From NCBI RefSeq assembly GCF_001194135.2, contig NC_068998.1, positions 1,059,513 to 1,093,265 of the forward strand: a stretch of 33,753 nucleotides of DNA, given 5' to 3'. The notes beneath the pieces were generated by a model. That model did no database searches. It saw only the letters and a list, made by a program, of their open reading frames with translations, and was not told where the DNA came from. The position numbers and the translations under genes are program-made. Each line of letters opens with the position of its first letter. Positions within the stretch are counted from its first letter, which is position 1. Of the stretch, positions 11,365 to 23,657 are shown one piece after another. Source of the DNA: Octopus bimaculoides. Its lineage: Eukaryota.

Positions 11365-11860
11365 TCAAAGACGACAACGACAGCAGCAGCAGCAACACGA
11401 GCAAGACCAAAATGACGACGACAGCAACAACATCAATCGCAACAATAGTTCTATGAATAACAATAAGAAGGACAATGTCAGAATCTGACGGCAAGCTGAC
11501 AACGATGACAACAAAAGCAACAAACGATGACAACAGATTCAATATTTGTGTCAACACGGACGCCAACATTAGTGACGGCAAGAACAACAACTGCGATGAT
11601 GACGACTGCGACGACGACGAATGGAGACGATGGTGAATCTTCCAATGACAGGATAGAACCGAAAAGTCAAACACCAACAACAACAACAGCAACAAAAACA
11701 ACTCCTCGTCGTCGTCGTCGTCGTCGTCGTCGTCATCGCAGTGACTGTAATGATGACAGTGGCAGTGGTTATGAGGTTATAGTTGTTGATGATGATGATG
11801 ATGAGGAGGAGGAGGAGGAGGAGGAGGAGGTGGAGGAGGGAAGGCGAAGACGGTGATGAA
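11365..11860. repeat. Degenerate trinucleotide low-complexity region (ACA/ACG/TCG/GAT/GAG)
   Basis: Successive trinucleotide runs read directly from the sequence. Confidence 0.9.
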
Positions 11861-12014
11861 AACATGTGAACTCAGTCCCATGAGGGACAAAACAAAGACA
11901 GCAAGAAGAATCGATCCAAACGAAACGTTGGTCGCTTTCAATTACTGGAGCCGAGCCTGGTCAAAACCACAATCTATAAGAATAAGAATATACGTCCATT
12001 ATACATGGATACAT

Positions 12015-12102
12015 ATAGGCGCAGGAATGGCTGTGTGCTGAGTAGATTGCTTACCAACCATATGGTTCTGGGTTCAGTCCCACAGTGTAGCACCTTCGGC
12101 AA
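12015..12102 (+). mobile_element. 5' head of a tRNA-derived Octopus-type SINE (ATAGGCGCAGG family), 3'-truncated
   Basis: A-box-like TGGCTGTGTG and B-box-like GGGTTCAGTCCC, followed by GCACCTTCGGCAA. I recall this as an abundant Octopus SINE start. Confidence 0.65.
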
Positions 12103-12332
12103 ATTCCTTCAAGAAATCCCGAATAAACCTCCTACACCCGGATATGTCTCCGCAAGCAATAGCTCTCTTCTCGAGTGGGCCATGTTGTCCAATTCCTGAT
12201 TTGACTGACTTTGCCAGGTGGCGCCATTAAGACAGACATGGCCTGGGCCAACACTGGCCGAAACCTATCAAAGTATTAAAGTAGCCTCTCTTTCTCTCTC
12301 TGTCACTGTTTATCTATCTCTATATCTCTCTC

Positions 12333-12364
<32 letters not shown>

Positions 12365-12405
12365 AATATATATGTGTGTATGATACGTATGTATATGCAT
12401 GTGTG

Positions 12406-12438
<33 letters not shown>

Positions 12439-12641
12439 ATGTGTGTGTGTGTGTGATGTGTGTGTGTGTTTGCGCGCGTATGTGTGTGTGTGTGTCTGTT
12501 GTATATGTCTACAATTATGAACATACACATACCTCCACACTAGTGTGCTGACATCCATCTGTTCAAATGATTGCATGTTGCCATATTTCGTGAATATCAC
12601 CTTTCGCATTCCCTCTCATCTTGTCTCTCAAAGGACACACT

Positions 12642-12703
<62 letters not shown>

Positions 12704-13294
12704 NNNNNNNNNNNNNNNNNNNNNNNNNNNNNNNNNNNNNNNNNNNNNNNNNNNNNNNNNNNNNNNNNNNNNNNNNNNNNNNNNNNNNNNNNNNNNNNNN
12801 NNNNNNNNNNNNNNNNNNNNNNNNNNNNNNNNNNNNNNNNNNNNNNNNNNNNNNNNNNNNNNNNNNNNNNNNNNNNNNNNNNNNNNNNNNNNNNNNNNNN
12901 NNNNNNNNNNNNNNNNNNNNNNNNNNNNNNNNNNNNNNNNNNNNNNNNNNNNNNNNNNNNNNNNNNNNNNNNNNNNNNNNNNNNNNNNNNNNNNNNNNNN
13001 NNNNNNNNNNNNNNNNNNNNNNNNNNNNNNNNNNNNNNNNNNNNNNNNNNNNNNNNNNNNNNNNNNNNNNNNNNNNNNNNNNNNNNNNNNNNNNNNNNNN
13101 NNNNNNNNNNNNNNNNNNNNNNNNNNNNNNNNNNNNNNNNNNNNNNNNNNNNNNNNNNNNNNNNNNNATCTGTATGTATGTATGTGTGTGTATAAGCACA
13201 CAGCTTTACATATGTGTATGTGTTGTTCGTGCGTATATATTTGTGTGTGGTGTATGTATGTTTGCATAATGTAATATATATATGCATATAATCG

Positions 13295-13348
<54 letters not shown>

Positions 13349-13715
13349 CATGCAGGCAGGCAGGCGTGCGCGCGTGTGTGTGTAAGTAGTAGCACAACCT
13401 AGTGTAGAAATTAATGTACTAAATATTTAACATAAAACATGGAAAGTTATAAAGGAAATCAGAAACTAAATGGACGAAGCCGAAGAGACTTGGAAATGTT
13501 AAAAACAAGGTGTCAAAGTGAACCGGATGTGTATGACAGGCATTCTGGGAAGAACATGATTATTGAGGAATATTCATTTCATTACTTTATCGCTTTCGAG
13601 TGTTTATTTCATGACTGGGCGGGAAGGGAATATGCATACATACACACATACATACATACATACATGCATACATGCATACAGATAGACTGATAGACAGACA
13701 GACAGACAGACAGAC

Positions 13716-13772
<57 letters not shown>

Positions 13773-14353
13773 CAACCATGTGTGTATGTATGTATATATT
13801 TATATATGTACGTACATATACAGAAATAGAGACAAACACATACACACACGCACTATACATGTATAAGACATGCGTGTTTACGTATATGCATACACATACA
13901 AGTTTGTGTGGTTGTGTATGTATGTGTGTATGTAAATATATATATGTGCATGTGTGTGTGTATGTGTGTGTATATAAAGAAAGAGAGAGAGAGAGCGAAG
14001 GTAACCGATACTGACGTGCTCTTATTTCCATCACGTTTGATTACTTGGCTTCTATTAAAAAGTAGTTTTAATTACCTGTGCGTGTGTCAGTGTGTCAGTG
14101 TGTGTATATGTGATCGAGAGAGGGAGAGAGAGAGAGTGCGGAGAGGAAGATAGAGAGAGAGAGATTCCTTGTATTAGTATATTCGATTATAAAAATTGAT
14201 AAGGAGTCTTGACCAGGGCTGTTGAAAAAATGCCATTTACCTCTAGAAGAAAATCTACAGACGGCCTGGTAATCTGTGAGTGTGTGTGCTTATCTGTCCG
14301 TATTACCTATCTATCTACTTATCTATATGTTTACTTACATATCCATTTACCTA

Positions 14354-14389
<36 letters not shown>

Positions 14390-14391
<2 letters not shown>

Positions 14392-14556
14392 GTGATCTGA
14401 TGTAGTTCCCTGGCTTTTCAACGATATTAATGTTTAGTTTGGCTTCCTTCAGAAGTTTCCTAAATCTTCGGGATGGTTCCCCATGGGCTGTAGCCTCTAC
14501 AAACATCACTCCTTGATTTTTGTCGGTCTTGTACCATGCGTTCACCTTGTTTGCTT
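14390..14556 (-). mobile_element. Penelope-like element coding remnant (linker between RT and GIY-YIG), running into a gap
   Basis: Minus strand reads NKVNAWYKTDKNQGVMFVEATAHGEPSRRFRKLLKEAKLNINIVEKPGNYIRSH. This resembles the WYK...V.FVP.TP..EL....r.......I.VVE..G motif I recall from invertebrate Penelope-like ORFs. Not verified by search. Confidence 0.55.
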
Positions 14557-15092
14557 NNNNNNNNNNNNNNNNNNNNNNNNNNNNNNNNNNNNNNNNNNNN
14601 NNNNNNNNNNNNNNNNNNNNNNNNNNNNNNNNNNNNNNNNNNNNNNNNNNNNNNNNNNNNNNNNNNNNNNNNNNNNNNNNNNNNNNNNNNNNNNNNNNNN
14701 NNNNNNNNNNNNNNNNNNNNNNNNNNNNNNNNNNNNNNNNNNNNNNNNNNNNNNNNNNNNNNNNNNNNNNNNNNNNNNNNNNNNNNNNNNNNNNNNNNNN
14801 NNNNNNNNNNNNNNNNNNNNNNNNNNNNNNNNNNNNNNNNNNNNNNNNNNNNNNNNNNNNNNNNNNNNNNNNNNNNNNNNNNNNNNNNNNNNNNNNNNNN
14901 NNNNNNNNNNNNNNNNNNNNNNNNNNNNNNNNNNNNNNNNNNNNNNNNNNNNNNNAATCAATTGATCAGTCAATCGGTCAGTCAGTTTATCTATCTATCT
15001 TTCTAATCTATCTATCTCACTCTCTTACTCTCTCTTATATATATATATATCTGTCTGCCTGCCTGTTTGTGAGGCGTGTGTGTGTGCGCGCG

Positions 15093-15152
<60 letters not shown>

Positions 15153-15564
15153 TAGATATACATTTGCGCGTGAAAATTAATGGATTTAGGAAAGCTTTAT
15201 TAGTCTTATGAATACGATTAATATTGTAAAGCAAAGCAGAGTTGGTGAAGAAGACTTGTACTTCCGGTAGGAAACAGACTTTTTAACAAAGTCTGCCGGA
15301 AATTGAGTTAGATAAATAAAATAGACTGCAGCAGAAATGAAGAAAACGTCGACAAAAATAAATAAAGCAAAAGAAAACATGAGAAATTGCAAAATGGCAA
15401 AAATTGTATCCAGAACAATGAAAGTACAAACGTGAAATTGACTGAAAGAGGTAAAACTGTGTGTGGTGAGGTGAAGTATATATATTTTGTATTTCAATAA
15501 AACCGAGAAGAAAAAGAGCAATTGTCTTTTAGTGTCTTTCTTCAACTTCTACAACCTCTATTCC

Positions 15565-15796
15565 CTACAGCAATAATAATAATAATACTAATCATAATAA
15601 TAATAATAGTAATCCTTTCTATTGTAGGCACAAGGCCTCAAATTTCGGGGGAGGGGGCTAGTCGATTAAATTGAGCCCAATGATTCACTGATACTTAATT
15701 TATCAACCCCGAAAGGATGAAAGGCAAAGTCGACCTCGGCAGAATTCGAACTCAGAACGTAGCAACGGGCGAAATACCGCTAAGTATTTCGTCCAG
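15565..15796 (-). mobile_element. tRNA-derived OR-type (CORE-like) Octopus SINE, 5'-truncated, with (ATT)n tail
   Basis: Minus strand has B-box GAGTTCGAATTC, then GGTCGACTTTGCCTTTCATCCTTTCGGGGTTGATAAATTAAG, then GGCCTTGTGCCTACAATAGAAAGG and an (ATT)n tail. Confidence 0.85.
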
Positions 15797-16558
15797 AAAA
15801 ATATTGACATCCAAGAACCTGCACCACCCTTAGGTAGACGTCGACCGTCTGTACCTACTGTTACGAAATTATGAGAACGATAAAGACGTTTTGTTCATAC
15901 TGCACTGTAAGGTCAGGATGAAGTCCATTGCCAAAGCAGGGGGTGCTAGGTGTTAACAGCCAACCTGTGAAACTATAACAAAATAGTTAGACCTTAGCAA
16001 ACCTTTATAAGCAGAGATAATTTTACTCACGAGTTTTTTTTTAAAATTTTCTGAAACAAAGTTGTTCAAGTGGATTCTGGAAGCTATGATTACCTGTTTA
16101 GTTTATGCACTTTGTGCTTTGTGTTAGGCATTTATGGATTTATTTTATGCTCCAGGAATTCGCCAGAACTTTTATTAGATTAAAAATAATTTCTGAGTCA
16201 CATCTGGGTGAGTACACAAAATCTCTTAAGTTATGTTATAATATTGATGTGAATTTTGAACCCTGCATTTGTGACAGGTTGTGTAGTAATTTTGCTAGCT
16301 AAATGTTAAAATTTGTATAAATAGCTAAAGGGTGTCTGAATTTAATTTTTTCGTGTAGCCAATTTTTGTATTGTAAATTTTGTTTAATGGTTACTCAGCT
16401 GCTTGTACGAAGCAGTTTTGTGTGAATTTAAAGCAAACTAGATTTTTTGTTTGAATATTTTAATTTTTTAACTATAATTATTGAGGTAGTCTGGCAGCCA
16501 TTTTGTGTCATGAACTTTTAGTTTAAATGGTTGCTTTGACATTAGATTTATTTATGTT

Positions 16559-16684
16559 TAGATCCAAGGTTCGATATCCAAGATTCGAAATCAAAGGTTG
16601 CACACCGAATTTGTGAATCCAGAGTTACGAATCTAAGTTTGTGAAATCAAGTTGAAGCCGGGTTTCTGAGTCTGAATTTCTGAG
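16559..16684. repeat. Degenerate ~14-bp tandem repeat (GAATCCAAGTTTCT-like, about 9 units)
   Basis: Units include gatatccaagattc, gaatccagagttac, gaatctaagtttgt, gaagccgggtttct and gagtctgaatttct. Confidence 0.55.
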
Positions 16685-17235
16685 CTATATACATATATAT
16701 ATATATTGTCTTTATAAATATTTTGACTGCACGTCTAATGTAGCATTATTTAATTTTTGTTCGTATATATTTGTTTTGTATGTAGGCTGTTTTTTTGCTA
16801 ACACTTAATTGTTAATATTTTACAAAAAAAATTCATGGTGTGTTATTGTTTTGGGTTGATCCCATCCTTGTCGGTTGTGTAAATTCGAATGTTGGCCACC
16901 AGCTCGTAACACTACCTAGAAGCAGTGGGGAACGAGGAACAGTTACTTTTCTAGCACGGAGGACTGGATGTGTGAAAAGAAAGACATTTTATTGTCAATA
17001 AAGCTTGTAAATGCACGATAGAACTTGATGTTAACACTGAATTAGATAAAGAACCTAAAACCACTGCCACCAAGCAAGCGAAACGAATTAAGAAGACTGC
17101 TAAAAAGAACGGGTAGAAAGAAATCGTAATGTCAAAATGCTGATGTAGGGTGAGGAGTTGGGGACGGAAAGCAGAGACTGAAAGCTTCATATTGGCAGCA
17201 CAAGGCTTGTTTACCAGAATTTACCAGGGATCATA

Positions 17236-17610
17236 TTTTGAATCGGCAATCCGTAGTTTACGATGACGAGGGTTCCAGTTGACCTGATCAGCGGAAAAGC
17301 CTGGTCGTGAAATCAACATGCAAGTAACTGAGCACTCCAGAGACACGTATACCCTTAACGCAGTTCTCAGAGATTCAGCGTGAAACGGAGTGTGACAAGG
17401 CTGGCCCTTTGAAATACAGGTGCGACAGAAACAGGAAGAAAAAGTGAGAGAAAGGGTTACTGTAGTGTTCGCCACCACCCCCTGCCGGAGCCTCGTGGAG
17501 CTTTAGGTGTTTTCATCTATAAACACTCACAACGTCCGGTCTTGGAATCGAAACTGCGATCGTACGCCCGAGAGTCCCCTGCCCTAATCACTGGTCCATT
17601 GCGCCTCCAC
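17236..17610 (-). mobile_element. Near full-length tRNA-derived SINE of a different family
   Basis: Minus-strand head GTGGAGGCGCAATGGACCAGTGATTAGGGCAG (A-box) ... GTTTCGATTCC (B-box). Body ...GGGCCAGCCTTGTCACAC...CAACTGGAACCCTCGTC, which I recall as an abundant Octopus repeat. Confidence 0.75.
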
Positions 17611-17652
<42 letters not shown>

Positions 17653-17969
17653 CATACATACACACACACACACACACATATGTGCGTGTATGTATGCATG
17701 TAGTGGAGTATATTTATATCCTGTTATAGACACCTTCTCTATAGGATACGGAAGGAAGATGGCCAACAGTGGAAGAGAAAGAGGCCTAACTGACTGAAAC
17801 TAAAATATCAGAAACGTGTGAAAAATGATATTCTCGGCCACGCCATTTGTCAAAAAGGAGAAAAAAATATCCAAAGAATATAAAACAAACAAACAAAAAT
17901 AGACAGACACAAAATATCCTTTCTGATTCAGCTGTAAGTTGATGTAAGTTGGGGAACAACACAACGTAG

Positions 17970-18004
<35 letters not shown>

Positions 18005-18284
18005 TACATAAATATACATAAGCCAATACATATAGTATGGTCACATGTGCAGTAAAGCACACAAATGCATGCGTACAGCATACTAACATATACTTAAATA
18101 TACATAAACACACATACTGCATTTATACACAAACACACACACACAGCATAGTTACATGCACTCCCCTATACACAAATACATCCGCACAGTAGGGTGACAT
18201 ACAGACAAATATACACAAACGCATACACAGTCCATAGTGACATAGACAACAATTCTTACAAACACTTACAAACACTCAGCATAA

Positions 18285-18315
<31 letters not shown>

Positions 18316-18893
18316 AATATGCAGAAACACAGACACACAAACATAATCACATACAAATATACACAAGTACATACGCATAGTGCAGTAACATACACAATAA
18401 GACGGATAAATACATATGTAGACCCGCACTTATATACACAGTCGTACATGTATACAAATATACAAAACCACATACATACAGTATAGCCACATACACATAG
18501 AAACACTACTATACACACTAAGACACAAAACGACAGATATATATACAAACGATTACATATACATACGCATTACAAGACCACTAAGAAAGAAAGACTGTGC
18601 TCTTGTACCCTCCTCCTTCCTTTCTTCTTCCTTTACCTCCTCCTCCTCCTCCTCCTTCACTGAGTGAAGCATCCCCAGTAGATTTGTTGGTGTCAACACA
18701 ATCAGGTGTGTTGGTCCATTGTTCATTTTTACCTGTCAACAGGTGTTGTGAGGCCTGTGGCACTTTTACAACCTATTTCCACCGACAGCATTTTGTTTCC
18801 GAGAAATATGTGTACCTCTGTGTGTGTGTGTGTGCGTGCATACATATCTGTCGTTCTGTTTCTCTCCCTCTAGCTGTCTCTTACAAGCTATAT

Positions 18894-18926
<33 letters not shown>

Positions 18927-18954
18927 NNNNNNNNNNNNNNNNNNNNNNNNNNNN

Positions 18955-19063
<109 letters not shown>

Positions 19064-19082
19064 CATATATGTATATATACAT

Positions 19083-19115
<33 letters not shown>

Positions 19116-19231
19116 GGAGAAAGTGAGAAAGAGTAGATAAAATAGACATTGATTTTATTTATATATATATATCGATGGATTGATAGATAGCACATATATC
19201 TATTGCTCTTTCTCTCTCTATCCCACTTTCA

Positions 19232-19281
<50 letters not shown>

Positions 19282-19579
19282 GTTTGTGTAAGTAAGTATA
19301 TATATATGTGTGTGTAGCTATATATATTTATATATCTGAATATACACGTGTGTATGTACGTGTGTTCATGCTTGAGTGTGTATGTATGTATGTGAGTGCG
19401 TGTCTGTTTGTATAATGGTGTGTACGTTTTTTATACTTCATCCATATTATTTCCCCAGTTCCCCTGTAGAGACTAACCCACCGATTACAGTCTTGTCTAT
19501 ATTGTCCAGAATTTGGATCATGATCTTACTAGAGTTATCTCCCGTATTTGTGGAGAGCATTTTCTAATCACTATACATC

Positions 19580-19740
19580 ACTTTCTCTTACTTTCCTCTG
19601 TGTCCGAAGGAGAGCGTCTGCTCGAAACGTTAAACCATCTTTTCTTTCCTTTCCTTTCCTGAGCGTCCAATAACACTGTACTTATTCCACATCCTCGCTT
19701 TGTTTTTTCGTGTTTTTTCTTGCTTGTTCATGTTTGAATT

Positions 19741-19742
<2 letters not shown>
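19580..19742 (+). mobile_element. Short pLTR-like repeat with degenerate hammerhead motif (19600-19635), ending at (TA)n
   Basis: GTGT-CCGAAGG-A-GAGC(gtct)GCTC-GAAAC-GTT-AAAC. Downstream sequence resembles the 22230-22390 element. Confidence 0.5.
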
Positions 19743-19811
<69 letters not shown>

Positions 19812-20454
19812 CAGTACACACACGCACACACACACACACACACATCCACACACATATATCAAAGACGTATCAGTGTGTGTGTGTGTGTGTGTGTGTTTGT
19901 GCGTTTGTGTATGTACGATGGAACATGACAGAAGTATACACCCTGCACTCACTAAAATCCCAGATTGGTATCAAATGTCTTGAGGAATAGGAAAAAAAAT
20001 CTACATAATTGCTATTATGAAGTTGAAAAATCTACACCCTTTGCATGGGATGAAATTGTCAATGTCATGGGTGTATATATTCAAAAAACAGTACTATAAA
20101 TATAAAGGCTGTTTGAAAGGAAGAGAGGAGGTCAGAGTAAAAAATGAATCATGAATCGAAACCGCTAGAAAGGAACCTCCCCGGACATTCGATATAAGAA
20201 CAACAGAAATTTACATATATACATCCACATATACGTTCATATATGTGTGTATAAATGTTGCTCTATACCTGTGTACATATCAACACACGTGATGGTGGTC
20301 ATGCTGTTAGATGGCATTCGGGATAGTCTGTTACCACGTGATGGGAAATGACACGGATAGATGTATTAAATCATATTTCTGTGAGTGGATTTCTGTTTGT
20401 GTATGTGTGTATGTGTATGTGTATGTGTGTATGTATGTGTGTATGTATGTGTTT

Positions 20455-20870
20455 ATATATAAATATATTTAAATCTATTTATATGTATATAAATGTATTT
20501 ATATGTACATAAATGTATTTATATTTATATACATAAATGTATTTATATTTATATATATAAATGTATTTATGTGTATATATATATACACAAATGTATTTAT
20601 ATGTACAAATGTATTTATATGTATATATATCTATATTTAAATGTATATATATATATATAAATGTATTTAAATGTATATATATATATAAATGTATTTAAAT
20701 GTATATATATATATATAAATGTATTTAAATGTATATATATATAAATGTATTTAAATGTATATATATATATAAATGTATTTAAATGTATATATATATATAA
20801 ATGTATTTAAATGTATATATATATATAAATGTATTTAAATGTATATATATATATAAATGTATTTAAATGT
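20455..20870. repeat. AT-rich minisatellite, unit AAATGTATTTAAATG(TA)n (about 26-30 bp)
   Basis: Many tandem units that become more homogeneous toward the gap at 20871; a similar unit reappears just after the gap. Confidence 0.9.
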
Positions 20871-21019
20871 NNNNNNNNNNNNNNNNNNNNNNNNNNNNNN
20901 NNNNNNNNNNNNNNNNNNNNNNNNNNNNNNNNNNNNNNNNNNNNNNNNNNNNNNNNNNNNNNNNNNNNNNNNNNNNNNNNNNNNNNNNNNNNNNNNNNNN
21001 NNNNNNNNNNNNNNNNNNN

Positions 21020-21052
<33 letters not shown>

Positions 21053-21153
21053 GTATTTATATGTATGTATATATATAGATAGATATGTATATATGTGTGC
21101 ATATGTATGTATGTGTGCATGTATGTATGTATATGGAGTCATACTTTAAAGCC

Positions 21154-21220
21154 GCATAGCCTTGTGGTTAGACTGTCGGCTCTACAATCATATGATCGTT
21201 TGTTCGATAGTAGAAACCGA
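21154..21220 (+). mobile_element. Degenerate tRNA-like SINE head fragment
   Basis: TAGCCTTGTGGTTAG (A-box-like) and GTTCGAT 21202-21208 (B-box-like) at tRNA-like spacing. Confidence 0.4.
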
Positions 21221-21491
21221 CGAGGGTGCTATTTCTAGCCAAACGACTCAGCTTGTATGCGAAAACAGCTCTTCGATAATGATCAACCAGTGTTCAATAT
21301 TTGAAGAAATAATGAGTGAGTGTAGAACGGTTCCCATGACTGGGCGAGCGTCTTGGACAGACCCGGCGAACTGTGCTAATGTACCTGTAGACGTTATATA
21401 AATCTTTCAACGCTTTTCGTTAACCAAGGAGTTCTTGAAGTTGTCTGTAGTTTCCTGGTTGAAATTATCTATGTGTGCGTGTATGCATATA

Positions 21492-21528
<37 letters not shown>

Positions 21529-21538
21529 NNNNNNNNNN

Positions 21539-21582
<44 letters not shown>

Positions 21583-22229
21583 TTCCTGCTGGATGAATCT
21601 TCAAGGTCCAAATCATTTCTTAAAGACCACTTCTACTCTCGTTGTCATTGAGGCATAGCTTCCATGAATGGTTGCTGCTCTTAACACCACTTTACAGCGA
21701 TTTCTTGGTGTATTTCATTTCGGCACCAGCATAGAAATGGCTGATTTATCCTCGGTTTGAAAGAACAGGAGGGATCTCCTTTGCCATCCTCGTAACCATC
21801 TATTTTACAGCTTGTACTCATTCCCCGCATCTCAATAACATAGAAATGTGTTTACATAACTATTTAACCCACAGCGAAGCTTTGTAATATTCAAATTATT
21901 CCAGTTCATCTGATTTACGCTGTGTCGTGCGTAAAATATATATTAATTACTGACCAGCCACCAAATGCACAAATCTACAATGTACTGGTGAAGTTTTATG
22001 ATCGTTTCTTATAGCAATTGACTTGTGTTATTAGTTGGGTAAAGATGCTGAGAACGTTTTCTCAGGCGAGTGGTCAATAGACTTTGAAACAGTCTGTCAG
22101 GAGACTCCCACTTTCGCCAAACAACGGTGGCATAGAAAAATGTCTTTTCCTTTTTATTTAACCATCATATATGTAATATATATTCGCCAAGATTGATCAC
22201 TAGCCACTAAAGCTTTTTTATTTTCTCTC

Positions 22230-22390
22230 TCTGCTTATTTTTTGTTCCTTTCTGTTGAAGAGCGTAGGCTTGAAACGTTAAGGACTTTCTCACTTCCCGT
22301 GCGTTAAACTAATACATCTGTTTGTTGTTTACACGCCCGTCTTCGTCTTTTCTTTTGTCTTTTATGTTTTTTGTAAATTCGAACTAATAT
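22230..22390 (+). mobile_element. Short pLTR-like repeat with hammerhead-like motif (22246-22284), ending at (TA)n
   Basis: TCCTTT-CTGTTGA-A-GAGC(gtag)GCTT-GAAAC-GTT-AAGGA. I recall this as a recurrent Octopus repeat. Confidence 0.55.
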
Positions 22391-22716
22391 ATATATATAT
22401 ATATAATCAAAATAAGCAACAAGGATATCCAGAGGTAGTGCAGTACGATCGTTTCACGCAACTCAATTTAATTGAACACTGCAACCATTACATCCATTTA
22501 AATGCAGAGCAATCCTTAGCTGCACAAAGACATAGAATTTAATTGAATTAAAACAGATGGACGCATTAGTATAATTTTAAGTAAAATCTCCAAGAAGTTA
22601 AGGAGTTAGACAAAGAACATACTGTCTTCACTTCAGAATTATCTAACAAGATCAAGAGGTATAACTGTGTAAGCCATAGCGGTCGATCTTCCCATTGAGA
22701 AGGATGCAATACTCAC

Positions 22717-22806
22717 ACTGGTTATGCTCCAATCGCGGTTTCTGACTTTCATATGGAACTCCTGGCAAGCGTTTCATCATTTCACAGAGACGGTGTGCGA
22801 GTCGAA
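22717..22806 (-). CDS. Candidate symmetric 90-nt internal exon of an unidentified gene
   Basis: Minus strand: acceptor ATTTTCAG|TTCGAC and donor CCAGT|GTGAGT. Only one frame is open: (x)RLAHRLCEMMKRLPGVPYESQKPRLEHNQ, phase 1 at both ends. The region is locally GC/CpG-rich. No homolog recognised. Confidence 0.3.
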
Positions 22807-22904
22807 CTGAAAATTCACAGACCCAGAACCGATACCGCAAACATCCCGCCCGATGCTCTTCCGGTTTCGCCAATATCCTGTTCTGGATTGGAACTTCTGT
22901 TCAT

Positions 22905-23032
22905 CGCCCCCACCCAAAAGTTGAAAGGAAAGTCGACCACAGTAGGATATGAACCAGAGACGGAGAGAACCTGAAAGGTTACCGCAAGTCAAACTGACCA
23001 GCGCTCTGACCACCTTGCCATTTAGCTGCCTT
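22905..23032 (-). mobile_element. Highly diverged OR-type SINE fragment
   Basis: Plus-strand GAAAGGAAAGTCGACCACAGTAGGATATGAACC aligns to the family motif GAAAGGCAAAGTCGACCTCGGCGGAATTTGAACTC. It ends in TTAGCTGCCTT, resembling the 5' end. Confidence 0.45.
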
Positions 23033-23307
23033 CGTTTTTAATGTGTACATATCTATACGTATTCATTATATACACATATATGTATGTGTGTCTGTGTGCA
23101 GGTGTGTGTGTATATACACATATATCTATATATGCATGCATGTACACATGTTAGGAAGAATATAAGAATGTTTATATAAAATTATATACATACATATATA
23201 TATATACATGTTTATGTATGTATCTATGCATATATACATATGTATGTATGCCTGCATGTATATATATATATATATACATACATACAGTATGTACATATAT
23301 GTGTGTG

Positions 23308-23361
<54 letters not shown>

Positions 23362-23516
23362 ACCTCATGCACGTGCGAGTACACGGACATATTTACACAA
23401 CTGCTATATCTCGTCAGACACGCCCATTTGTATATTGGTTAATGTTTTAATAGACAACCATCAACACATCAGTTCTTACACACAACACAAATATGCAGAC
23501 ATGCATTTATACACAT

Positions 23517-23554
<38 letters not shown>

Positions 23555-23616
23555 ATGGATGTATCAGAATATTACTATTTAAAAAGAATTTTATCTTCAT
23601 CACTGTCAATGTGCGA

Positions 23617-23657
<41 letters not shown>

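Noticed and set aside
11310-11365. GTCTTCGAACGGACGAACCAGGCCGAAAGAAGAA, resembling an RTE 3' tail
   Set aside because: Too short, with no upstream coding remnant.
11527-11856. Thr/Arg/Asp/Glu-rich 109-aa ORF
   Set aside because: A chain of trinucleotide microsatellites (ACA, TCG, GAT, GAG).
15275-15295. 8-bp hairpin CAGACTTT/AAAGTCTG next to an ACTTCCGG site
   Set aside because: It does not form a hammerhead core, and short hairpins are expected by chance.
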